64,000 bases of DNA from Geosiphon pyriformis uo1 (lineage: Eukaryota > Fungi > Glomeromycota), in assembly GCA_016748015.1 (NCBI GenBank), contig JAAOMT010000269.1, positions 153,592 through 217,591 of the forward strand, read 5' to 3'. Under the pieces are notes generated by a model, which saw nothing but the letters and a program-made list of their open reading frames with translations, was not told where the DNA came from and ran no database searches. Made by a program: the position numbers and the translations under genes. This document shows positions 50,370 to 61,451 of this stretch, in pieces. How positions within the stretch are numbered: the stretch's first letter is position 1; every line of letters starts with the position of its first letter.

Positions 50370-52665
50370 AAAAACTCTTTATCTCCTTAATTTTATAATT
50401 ACAACCAGAGCAAAGAGTAAAAAAGCTGTACCTGATATCTGTCCTGAAATATCTAATAAAATTTCAAACAGAGAAGCTCTTTCTGTTGTAGAAGCAACTA
50501 GGCAAAACGTTTTAAAAGCCTTCTTCTTATCCAGTAATTGTGATAAGCTGCTTTTGGTAGCCACTGAAGCAACTTCCTCATCTTTGGCTGGTTTCTCACC
50601 AGTTAAAGTCCTCTCAAAGAGACACACCTGGATTAGTCCCAGTGTTGTCTCCACCCCAACCAAGAGCCCAAAAGTTTTTAATAATAGACCAGTAAATAAG
50701 CTGGTTTTTCCCTTTATAGATTCAACACCTGATGCTTCTAGCACCACCTCTTCAAAAAAAATGGTCAAAAAGACCAGAAGTTCAGAAAAGTGGGAACAGT
50801 TGCTTGCCTCTGCTATTGTTACACCGAATCCCTTTGTGGTTCCCAATAAGATCTTAGATGAGATCTTTGTAGCATTATCTGATACATCATCTAAAATGAG
50901 CCAAGATTAACCACTGGCTGTATTGCCAAATGTGATGTCTTCTGACAGATTTTCACCAGTTTTAGAAGCAAAACAATCTCCTCCTGTTGGGTCATCTGTT
51001 CTTAAAAACTGGGCTGATCAAATGAAAACTGAATCATCTCCTCCTCTAGTTTTTGGTACTACTTCTGGTGGTGCTTAGGAAACTATTACTAGTCATTAAA
51101 GGTTTGCTGGGTGGGTGGCCTCCACTCTGGTGCTTGGTGCTACTTTTAAGATCAAATTGGCTCATGTTAAGGCTGTTTTTCAGTCTGTGCATGGTTTCTT
51201 GGGTGCTAAATCTGTTTCAAAAGACAATGTAAAGCTTTTCTGTGTGGAGTTTGTTTTTCAACAGTCTTTGGAAGCTGCATTTCTGGTTGAGCTTACAAGC
51301 TCTGTTCGTTTGGCCACTTTCAAAATTGCCAAGTCTTTGGTGGTTTCTAAATTTGGTTCCTCTCCTGCTGCTGTTGCGCTGCATGATGTACCTTTGGGTG
51401 TGTCTGCTGCTAACATTAAGTTGGCTCTCAGTGTGTTTAGTAGTGTCACTCGTGTTGTGCTGAAGCCTGCTGGCATTTGGCAGTATGTGGTGATTTATTT
51501 TGAAAAATTGAACTCTGCTGTGTCTGCCTTAAAGCATTGGTCAGTCTTGATGAGCAAGGATAGTATTAGAATTCTTTTTTTGGTGAATCAAAATGAGATT
51601 ATTTTGTCTCATGATAAGTTTAAGACCAAATTGGTCAACCTTCCCCCTGGCTGTACCACCTTTGAAATCAGTGATATAATTTCTCAGATTGGTGGTCAAA
51701 CATGTTTCATCCCTTGTTCTCCTAATTCTGGTTGTCGTTTCTGGTTTGCTTTGGTTACATTTGACTCTCAAGACAATTTAGATTCTGCTGTAGTCAAGAC
51801 TGGTACTCTAAGGAAATGCTGTATCTGGTGAGAAACTTCTGGCTGCTGATGCTGCTTTAAGTGTCAAAAGATAGGCCATCTGGCTGTAGATTGCAAAATT
51901 TCTCCATCTCCTACTCCTAAGGTTCCCAAGATTTTCAAGTCTTATTTTGTGGGTGGTGTTTCCTATGCAAAAGCTTCTGCTTCCCTGGATTCTTTTGAGT
52001 TTCCTCCCTTGGCAGCTTCTACTTCCCTTTTTATGGTTGTTGGTGATTCTTTAGTGTCTTCTCAGTTGGCTTCTTTGGAATCTAATATGGTCAAGCTTTC
52101 TACTTTGGTTGAGTCTATTGTTAAACCAGTTGGTTTCTTGGTCAAATTGTTTGAGCAATTTGTTAATAGGGATTTGGTCTCAAGCAGTAAACTTGGCCTT
52201 AAGGTCAATGAAGTTATGGTACATATGGATTTTTTTAATAAGATGGTTGGTAAGTTGGGAAAGGAAGTAGTTTCTTTAAAAAAAGAATGCTGCATGGAGG
52301 ATATTGATATGTCTGGTGATTCAAAGCTTCTAGTTGGTATGAATGATAAGATGTTTTCTAACTTGTTGTCCCTTTGGGAACATGAGCCTATTGATGTTAA
52401 AGCTAATGCCTTAAAAACAGCTGAATGACTGGTTGGATTGGTTTCTTGTAGTGCGACTCTGTTTTTTGTTATTCAAAAAATATCATCTTTGGGTAAGTTT
52501 TCTTCTGGTACATCAACATAGTATAGCCTAAACTGGCTCAAGTAGCTGGTTACATGTAGAAAATGCATGAACTACATCTAATTTTAAGACCCTACATAGT
52601 CATAATGTATTAAATAGTAGTTGGGCTTTGCTCGTTAAACTCTAATAAAATAAAAAATAAAAAAT
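50370..52665 (+). mobile_element. ORF1-only non-autonomous non-LTR element (half-LINE-like) with the LINE-family 3' tail
   Basis: A single reading frame 50395-52521 is followed directly by the 3' tail (52530-52640) and an A-rich end. No ORF2. Confidence 0.8.
50395..52521 (+). pseudogene. Divergent ORF1-like protein (about 708 aa; S/T/P-rich N-terminus, three RRM-like units, CCHC knuckle, coiled coil)
   Basis: ORFs 50299..50910, 51115..51831 and 51949..52428 are all in one frame; CFKCQKIGHLAVDC at 51853-51894; the six internal stops are all explicable as C>T/G>A. Confidence 0.8.
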
Positions 52666-53152
52666 ATAATTACTATTTAATAGTTTTTTTTTGTTTTAAA
52701 AAAAGTTTTTAATTGTTAATAAACAGTTATTTAAACATAAATTTAATAATTTAATTATTCAAAATAAAAAAATATTTGATTAAAAATTATTAAATAAAAA
52801 ATTAATTAATATTTTTAAAATAAACTTTTTAAAAAAATTTAATTATTAAATAAAAATAATATTTAAATTTTTTTATTTTAAAAAACTTATTTAAATTGTT
52901 TAACATAAAAATAAGTGTAAATTTTTTAAATTTGTTTAATTATTTTTGTTATTTTTATTAATTTAAAACTTTTAAAAATTTTTATAAATTGCATAAATTC
53001 TAATATTAAGCAATTTATTTATAATATATTCTCTCTTGTTAATCCTTTGGCCACAACAAGAGTGTAAACTTTGTCGAAGAAATAATTTCTCCCTTTTTTT
53101 TTTACTTTCAATTTTCACAGTTATTTCTTTTCTTTCTGATTTATTTGTCACT

Positions 53153-55107
53153 ATGGAACCAGCTGGCTTCTCTGCTAATGGCTCTGGTTCTGGATTGACT
53201 GGGTTGGGATCCTAGTCAGACAATAAGAAGAAAGCATAAGTTGAGAGTATCTACTCTTGTAGTTCATCATATAAGAAAGCTAAAAAATCTGAGGTTGCTG
53301 TTAGTGTTGTAGATTTGTCAGCTGGCTCTCTGCCTGCTGTTCTGTTACATTTGGGTGTTGACAATCAAAAGGTGTCTTGAGAAAGCGAAGTTGAAAATGA
53401 GGAATCCAGTGTAAGTGAAGTGTCAGATATTGAGAATTTAAAGAACATAATGATTGAAGAGATAAGTTATGTTGACTTTAATGCTTCTAAAACTGATGAC
53501 ATGGTGAATGACGTTACTTCAAGGAAAACATAAACTAAGACTTACATCTTAGGACAGCCACCTAAAATGCCTTCTTTCTATTCTCTGAGTGATGATGATA
53601 CTGAGTTGGTGCTCCCAGCACCTAAGTTTGTTAGATCCAATCAGTTATTGTTTACCAAGTTACATGTTAAGACAAAACAGAGTTTTAAGCCAGTGAAATT
53701 ATATGCTTTGGATATTGAGCTTTCGTCAGTGTTTGGAAAAACCAATGGTGATAAATTAGTTTCTGTCAAAAAAAAATTTTATCAAATTGATGGTTTTGGG
53801 AGGGCATTAACTCTCTCAAAATTTTCTGGGATTATCAGATCTTTATTTACTTCAGAGTTGAGTTTAAAAAGAGCTAGAGAATTGGCAATTTATGAGAAAA
53901 TTGTGGCAAATAATAATGTCAGACATGTAAACAAAATTTCAGATCAGGTAATTGTTGTTAAGAAAATTCTGGTTGATCTTCCCAAATCAGCTGTAAAATC
54001 TGTTTTTTCTAAGTTTGACAAGGTTGTATTAATTAAGATAAAATTAATTGGTTTGTGGCAAAAAGCTTTGGTAGAGTTTGAATCATTTGAGATAGCTGAT
54101 TTGGTTACAGCTAAATGGTTTGTTCTCTTGAGAAAGGATTCTGTTTGTGTGGCAAAAGCTATTGATGATAAACAATCATGGGTCTCCAGGGATTTACATC
54201 GGATATTGCTTTATACTCTTCCAGTTGGTACAACAGCTCATAATCTTTCTAATTTGTTGAAATCATATGGTGGGAAGACTTGTTTCATTGGCCATAATCC
54301 CAGTTCATATGTGCGTGATAGATGTACAATTGTGTGTTTTGGTGATGAGACATCCAAATTGGCTGCTATTGGGTCTATTTCAGTGTATAAGGGTGTGAAT
54401 TTGCATTGGGCTGGCCTTTCTTTGGCCCTTTGTGCTCATTGCAAACAGTTTGGTCATATCTCTATAGAGTGTTCTTTGAGTAGAAGTTCTGATGCTCGTG
54501 GTAAGTGGGTGGTTACTTCTTAGGATCAAATGCAATTGAACATATATAAGAAGAAGCAGGTTCTTATTACTTGTCCAGTTTTTTTTGGTGGCAAGACTTG
54601 GGCTCAGGTTGCTGGTGGATTTTTTTCCATGTGGTTTTTTCAGTTTCTTCTGGTACTGATGTGTTTTATGGTGGGAAACCATTATCATTGGTGTTTTCTT
54701 CTCCTGATGTCTCTGGTTTGAGTGATTATTTGGTGGCTCTGGAATGCTCTTTGGAGCTTTTGGCAGATCAAATGTCGGATATTTTAAGAAAATTGAATGG
54801 TATTAAATTGGTGCCTTTGGCACCTCTCTTTTGTGTTTCTTTGCCGGCTGTCACTGTGCCTAAGGTGTCAGTTTCAAATTCGGATATGCTTATAGATAGT
54901 GTGTTGGTGTCTTCTGAACTCCTTCTTTCAATTGTTAATGTGTTAGATGCTGGTTTTGGTTCTAACATTTCTAAGGTTTTAACTACCATGATGAGTGGTT
55001 TGAAATCTAAATTGTCAGCTTTGGATGCTTCTGTTGGTACAGTTTTGATGAGATTAGATTTTTTGTGTACTGGTGCTGGTTTTTTGCTCCTTCAATCTTC
55101 CCAATGA
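53153..55107 (+). pseudogene. LINE D ORF1
   Basis: ORFs 53567..54523 and 54571..55107; CAHCKQFGHISIEC knuckle. Confidence 0.87.
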
Positions 55108-58100
55108 GCAGTCTGGTTTGAAAATTTGCTATGTGTAATGTTCATGGTCTGACTGTTTCTATTAAACAAGGGGATGTTGTCTGTTGGCATAAAAAATCAA
55201 GCAATATGGTGTCTTTTGTTACAAAAACCAAGTTGCATTCTAGCATTAAATCTTGGATTGCTAATAGGTTTGATGGTATCTGTGTTTTCATATCAGGTTT
55301 GGATAAGGAGTTTCTTAGTGCTGGAGTGGCTATTATTATGGACAGTTTCTTGGCTCATCATGTTTCTAAGGTGAAGGAGGTTTCCGATCAGGTTATTTCT
55401 GTTTAGCTCTTGTTTAAGGGCAAGTTTTTAGTCACTTTTCTGGGGTTGTATGCAGGTGCCTCTTTTGAGGTCAGGTTTGGTCAGGCTTCTAAAGTTAACT
55501 CTCTTATTACAAAGGTTGTTAACTCCAGCACTTTTGTTGTTTTGGGTGGGAACTTTAATGAAAATGGATCTGGTAAAAGTGCAAGTTTCAAATTCTGTTT
55601 GGATTTGGGTTTGGTTAATTTATTTGTTGGTTTTTGTTTGGCTGGGACTCCTACGTAGAGCAACTCAAGGGGAATTGAAAAAACAATTGATTATATTTTT
55701 GTTAGTGGGAACTTATCATCTGCTGTTACTGGTCATAAGGTTGCCTCAGTCTCAGATTTCTTTGACACTGACTACAGGGTGGTGGTGGTGTTAGTTGGCT
55801 TGGGTAGGCTCCTGGATGTTCATTTGAACAGCTTGCGCAAACAGACAAACAGGAATCATTGAAAGTTCAAAATCAAGGATGCTGACTGTGCTCAATGGGC
55901 CAAGTTCAAAGATCTTTTGTCAGCCAAGCTCATGTTGTTGAATGAGTTGTTCTTTGGTGCCGAATCACGTGGGGATGTGGATGCTATGTAGGCAGTTTTG
56001 GAGAAAGCTGTGATGGAGTCTGCTGATACGATGTTTTCAAGACATTGGTTTAACAAATTTAGGTGCTTGAGGAATAAACATTCTTTTAAGTTTTTTGGTT
56101 TGGAATTGTTGGTGGTCAAGATTGTCAAAGCATTTCACTCTAATGATTTGCCTGAAGTTGATTATCTAGTAAATAAGTGGTCAACTTTGAATAATGCCAA
56201 GACTCATGCTTTTGGTATGTTATTCTGCTTGGATGTGAAGTCTGAAATTATTATTAAACATTTGTCATTGGTCCACAGAGACTACAAGAGGTCAAAGATG
56301 TTTAAGTTGAAGTTGGCTGAAGAAGCTTCTATTAGGAAGGTGATTGAGAGACACATGGAAAATTTCTGTTCGGATAAAGATAGTATGATTAGAAATGTGT
56401 TGGAAAAACTCTTTTATAAGGTGGTATTAGATTACTTAGTGGTTGACAATGAGCTGATTTTAGAACCTAAGGAGGTGAAATTGGGTGTGGACAAGATTAT
56501 GGAGGAATAGACGAGGAAATACTCAGTGCTTTCAATGCTCCCTAACCTTTGGGCCCATCAATATGTGCCTTTGGAATATGTTTGGGATGATGCATTTTCT
56601 GGTGTTATGTGTGTGGTCAATATGGACAAGTTGTTTCCAGTTGTTTTTAGTCTGCCTAATGACAAGACCACTGGTTTGTCTGGTATTCCAAATGAGCTGT
56701 GGAAACATAGTGGTGAGGTGGCTCTAAGGTGTCTGTTGGAGCTGTTAAATGTGTGTTTAACTGTTAGTTTGGTGCCTGCTTTGTGGAAAAGGGCGTGGGT
56801 TTCAATGATTCATAAGCCTTATGACTGGGATGGAGTTCTTACAAACACTTGGCTCATTGCTTTAATTGAAACTGCCAGGAAGATTCTTTTTAAGATTCTG
56901 TCTGATCGTATTTCAGTGGCTTGTAGCAAGTTTAATGTGCTTCAAGATGACAATTTTTTGGTGTTGAAGGGTATGTTCACACAATCTCTGGTGTTTGCTG
57001 TTGGGTCAGTAGTTGAAAATGCTCTTGAAAGAATAGAGAAGTATAATTGGTTTAGTAAGACATGTGGAAAGTCTATAATTTGATGGAGTGACATCATTTA
57101 AAGGCTAGCTTGCAACATATCAAAATGTGTGATAGATTTATTAGGTTTTTTGGCAGTATTCACAAGGACAGAGTTAACAGGATGATGACTGACTTTGGTT
57201 TGTCTGGTAGTTATAAGGTTCATGATGGACTGGATCAGGGTGAGATCTTTTTGCCACTTCTATAAAGGATCTTTTATGACCCTCTTTTGTGTAAAGTCAA
57301 GAGGCACAAACAATTGTGTGGATATCAAATTGATACTAGGTTTGTTTTGAAGATTGGAAGAATTGAGAGTGGTGGAAATTTTACCTCGTATTTTTTAGCT
57401 GGTGCTTTTGTTGATAATACAATCTGGATTGGGAATTGTTAAGCCTCCACTCAGTACACTTTGAACATCGCCAGTAAGTTTTTTGAGGTCAATAATATTT
57501 CTATCAATAGTGAGAAAACAGTGGTTATTTCTATTAATTAGGGTGTTAAAGTTGCTTCATTGAGTATTTGTGGGCAGCCTATTTTGATTGCTAAGAAAAG
57601 TAAGGCATATTACTATCTGGATATCTTTTTGTTTACTGAAAGATTGTCCAAACTGAGTGTTGCCAAAGCTCATGCTAATGTTTGTTTCTTTGTTAATGTT
57701 GTGCTTAGAAAAGCTATTAAGGATAAGCAGTTTTTGTATTTGGTTTCGGCTGTTTTGCAGCCTATTGTCAGCTATTGTATTCAGTTTAGCTTTGTCTCTT
57801 CTAATGTTTGTCGAAAATGGGATGTATTAGTTAGGAAGGGCCTTAAGTCGAAAGCTTGTCTTTTCTGTGACTTTCCTGATGCCGCTTTGCATCATTCCTC
57901 ATTGTATGACCTAAAACATTTTGAGCAGATGCAGTCTGAAGGGAAGGTGGCTGCTCTGATAATGTTCTCTAATGCTCCTGGTATTCTTGGGCATTTGTTT
58001 AGTCATAGATTTTTGGATTTGCAAGTTTTGGGTTGGGCTCCTTTGGACCCTTTGCAGTTTCCTGTCAGGTTATATGTTAGTCTGGTAAACAATTTTCTGG

Positions 58101-59794
58101 CTGAGTTGGTTAGAATTTTTTTGGACAATGAACTGTTTTTGGCGAACAATCTCCCTACTGCTTTTCATAATCCTGGCCATTTTTTTTTGTCTTCTATTCT
58201 TGAAAAGTCTCTGTATTTTGATTCAGTCAAATCTCTCAAACATTTTGGTGTTGCCTTTGGTGATCAACTTTTTGATAAGAAAGGTGGCTTGTTGGATTGG
58301 AGAACTTTTCGCCATTGGAAGAGATTGGATCCACATGGTCCTGTGCCTCATTGGTCTGTGGTTGCATCTGAATTTTTTCTGGGTAAGAGGTTCTTGTTAT
58401 CTGGCACTACTGGTTCTGTAGAGCTATGTGGGCTGGATGTATTGGGGTCTAATGAGTTTTCTGCTATAAAAGATGGATTGCATGATGTTTGGTTGGGCTT
58501 TTTTGAAGTTTATACAGATGAGTTCTTAAAGAATGCTGGCTCTGTTGAGATTGCTAGTGGTATTGCTGCATACTTTCCAGCCTTGGATTTGAGCATTGGT
58601 GTTGCAGTTTGGGGTCTTTTGTCTTTTATCATGGCCGAATTACAGGCTGTTGCTTTGTCTTTGGAGTGTGTTCCTTCTTCTAGTACTATGGTGTTACATC
58701 TTGACAGTCAGGCTGTCATTGACACATGTGTATCTGAAATGTCTTTTGCCACCTCTGATTTCCATAATCAATGCTGGCTTGAGAGGTATTATATTTTTAA
58801 TTTGGTCAGGAATAAGGATCTTAATATGAGTTGGGCTAAGATTAAAGGCCATTCTGGAATTCCTGGTAATGTGAGAGCCGACTTGGCTGCTGGGGCTGCC
58901 TCTGGATCTCTCTTTTCACTGTTGGCCAATGTGCGTAAACATTTTTTGGTTGCTGAGGGTACTGCTGTTTCTGGTAATGCCTGTCATTTTGTTTGGAATA
59001 TTTTTTGGTCTGTTTGTTATGCTTGTTGGGAAGCTGGCCCTGGCTGTGATGTGGTTCCAGATGCAATGGTTGGTTGTGTGGACTGGGTTGCTACTGCAAG
59101 AGTGTGGCATCTTGATTCTTATATGCTTGCTGATTTCACTAGTTGCAAGTCTTCAACACTCCATTTTTATATAATGAAAGCTGTGCACAGAAGATTGCCA
59201 ATGGCAGTCAAGAAGAGACTGTATAATAGATGTTACTCTGGTGTGCTGTGTCTGCTGTGTGGTGGTGTGAAGTTTTTTGACCATGCTTTTACTTATGTTT
59301 ATAAGTCTGACATTCACAATGAGATCTTGGCTGAGGCTTCTGCTTGTTGGTCTGCTTTGGCTGGTGTTTTTGATTGTTTTTCATCTGTTGTATTGTGGGT
59401 ATTATCTCAATGTTCTATTGATGTCAGGTTGTATGCTTTGGTTTGCAAGAGATTTGTGCTGGATGAGTGGCATAGGGAGACTTGTTGTGTTTTTGATGAC
59501 TGAAAATTGGCTGTTGCTCAGATTGTTGATTTTATAAGGTTTATTGTGAAGTTGTATTGTGCTAGGGTGTGGTTGGTAAGATCTAGCCACCAGGTGGTAA
59601 TAGAGAAGGCTGGTTTGGTTCAGGATGGTGGTGTTGTGTCTGGGCTTTTTCGTGGTGTGTCTTCTTTGTTTTCTGATGGTGTTGTTAGATTGCTTGGTGT
59701 GGCTGAGTTTTTTGTTGTTAGCTTTGGTTGTCAGAAGCCATATAGTTTTTTCTCTGGTCTAAGAGGTAGTGTACAGATTATTATAGGTGTGTAA
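55104..59794 (+). pseudogene. LINE D ORF2 (APE-RT-RNaseH-zinc finger)
   Basis: MCNVHGL, GGNFNE, IDYIF; IHKPYDW, GLDQGE, AFVDNT; VYTDE, MAELQAVAL, LDSQA, KIKGHSGIPGNVRAD; CLLCGGVKFFDH. Confidence 0.92.
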
Positions 59795-60139
59795 TGTTGT
59801 CTTAACTGGCCTAAGTGGCTAGCCACATATAGTAAGTACATAAGTCATGTTTAGTTTAGATCTCTTAATTTGGTTCTATGTACTAGATAATGATTGGGCT
59901 TTGCTCGTTAAATTCTTTAATAAAAAAAATATTTATAATAATTAAAATTAATAAATTTTATTATAATTTTTTACTATAGCTTAATAAATTATATCTTAAT
60001 TAATACTATTTAATTAAAAGTTTTTTTATAGTTATTTTAAAAATATTAATAAATTTTTCTTAATTATTAAATTTATATAAATGTTTACATATTTAAAATT
60101 TTATTTAAAACAATATTATTTTTAATAAACAATGTTTTT

Positions 60140-60950
60140 ATTGACTGTGGGTTTCACAAACAAACTCTTTGCTGGCTTGCATATATATTTTATAAAGGCC
60201 TTATACTATTGACTACCTGTTGCTGTTTAGAAGCATTTCTATTCCAGACATTACCCTAATATACTGTGTTTGTTCTGTAATGATATAAAGATTTCGGATT
60301 ATGTTTTCTCTTGCAAAATTGACTTTTCTACCTGTTGTCAATTGTTAAATACCCATGTAGCTTTCTGGAAGCTGATTTCTGGTCTCTTTTGTTTTTCTTC
60401 TTGTGTGTTTTAGCTTTTGTCATCTTGTGTTTTTGATGTCTCTGTATTTACGGCCCTTTACAAAGATTTTGTTTTTAAAGATTAGTTCCAAAAAGCTGTG
60501 TTTGTTTTTCATAATTCCAAAATTGCAAGTCAGAAGATTGTGGATTTTGTGCATATTCTTAGTCTTACTTTTAAGAATTGCGTCTGGTCTGTTTGTGCTA
60601 AACATTGTGTCTTTATAAAAAAAAACAGACTAATTTCACTTAATAATTTAATTTCTATTTTGATTTTTGGGATGTTGTTAGGATTGTTTGCTAGTGTTAT
60701 CAGGTTGCTTGGTATTGCTAATGCTTTTGGTGTTCACTTTGGTTTTTATAAATCATATTTATTCTTTTTAGATATTAGTAATAATGTTTCAGTTCACATA
60801 GTTGTTTAGTGTTGTTCTAATTAGTCTGAATAACTGGTTATATGTAGAAAGAGCATGATTTGTGCCTAGTTTAGATTATTTATTTGATGTATTATATTAG
60901 ATAGTGTTTGGATCTTACTTATAAAGCATTAATAAAAAAATAAAAAAAAT
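60140..60950 (+). mobile_element. 5'-truncated LINE (copy E): ORF2 C-terminus plus 3' tail
   Basis: YFIKALYY*LPVAV...LCLFCNDIKISDYVFSC; IRLLGIANAFGVHFGF; tail at 60810-60930; poly(A). Confidence 0.88.
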
Positions 60951-61089
60951 GTTTTTATTTTACTTAAATTTAATTTGTACATAAAAATAATTAAAAAAAA
61001 CTTTTGTATTTTTTTTATCTTTTTTAAAAATATTAAATTAATAATTTTTTAATTTTTATAATAAATTTAATAGAACATATATTTATTAT

Positions 61090-61430
61090 ATAGGACTTTA
61101 ATGGAAAAAGACAGTTTGATTCTGCTTGATAGTTCTGTGTATTCTGCAATTTGTGGTTTGTTATGTATGTTCTCAGCTGGGGTAATTAGGTTGCTTGGAA
61201 TTGCTGAGACACTTGGTATTTGCTTTGGTTTTTGTAAACATTGCTGTTTTTTTTCTGGTGTAGATAGTATAGTTTCTGTTTAGATAGATTTATAGTGTTG
61301 CTCTGATTGGTCTGAGTGGCTGGTCATATGTAGAAAATACATGATTTGTGTCTAGTTTAGATCACTTAGTTTGATGTATTGCACTAGGTAGCATTTGGGC
61401 CTCACTTGTTAAATTTAATAAAAAAAAAAT
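61090..61430 (+). mobile_element. Short 5'-truncated LINE (copy F)
   Basis: ORF 61101..61283 is the ORF2 C-terminus; tail at 61295-61412; poly(A). Confidence 0.88.
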
Positions 61431-61451
61431 TATATTAATATTTAGTATAAA

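Larger units (their letters stand above)
53031..59930 (+). mobile_element. Full-length degenerate LINE (copy D, different 5' end)
   Basis: ORF1 53153-55107, ORF2 55104-59794, 3' tail 59800-59910, poly(A). Confidence 0.93.
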
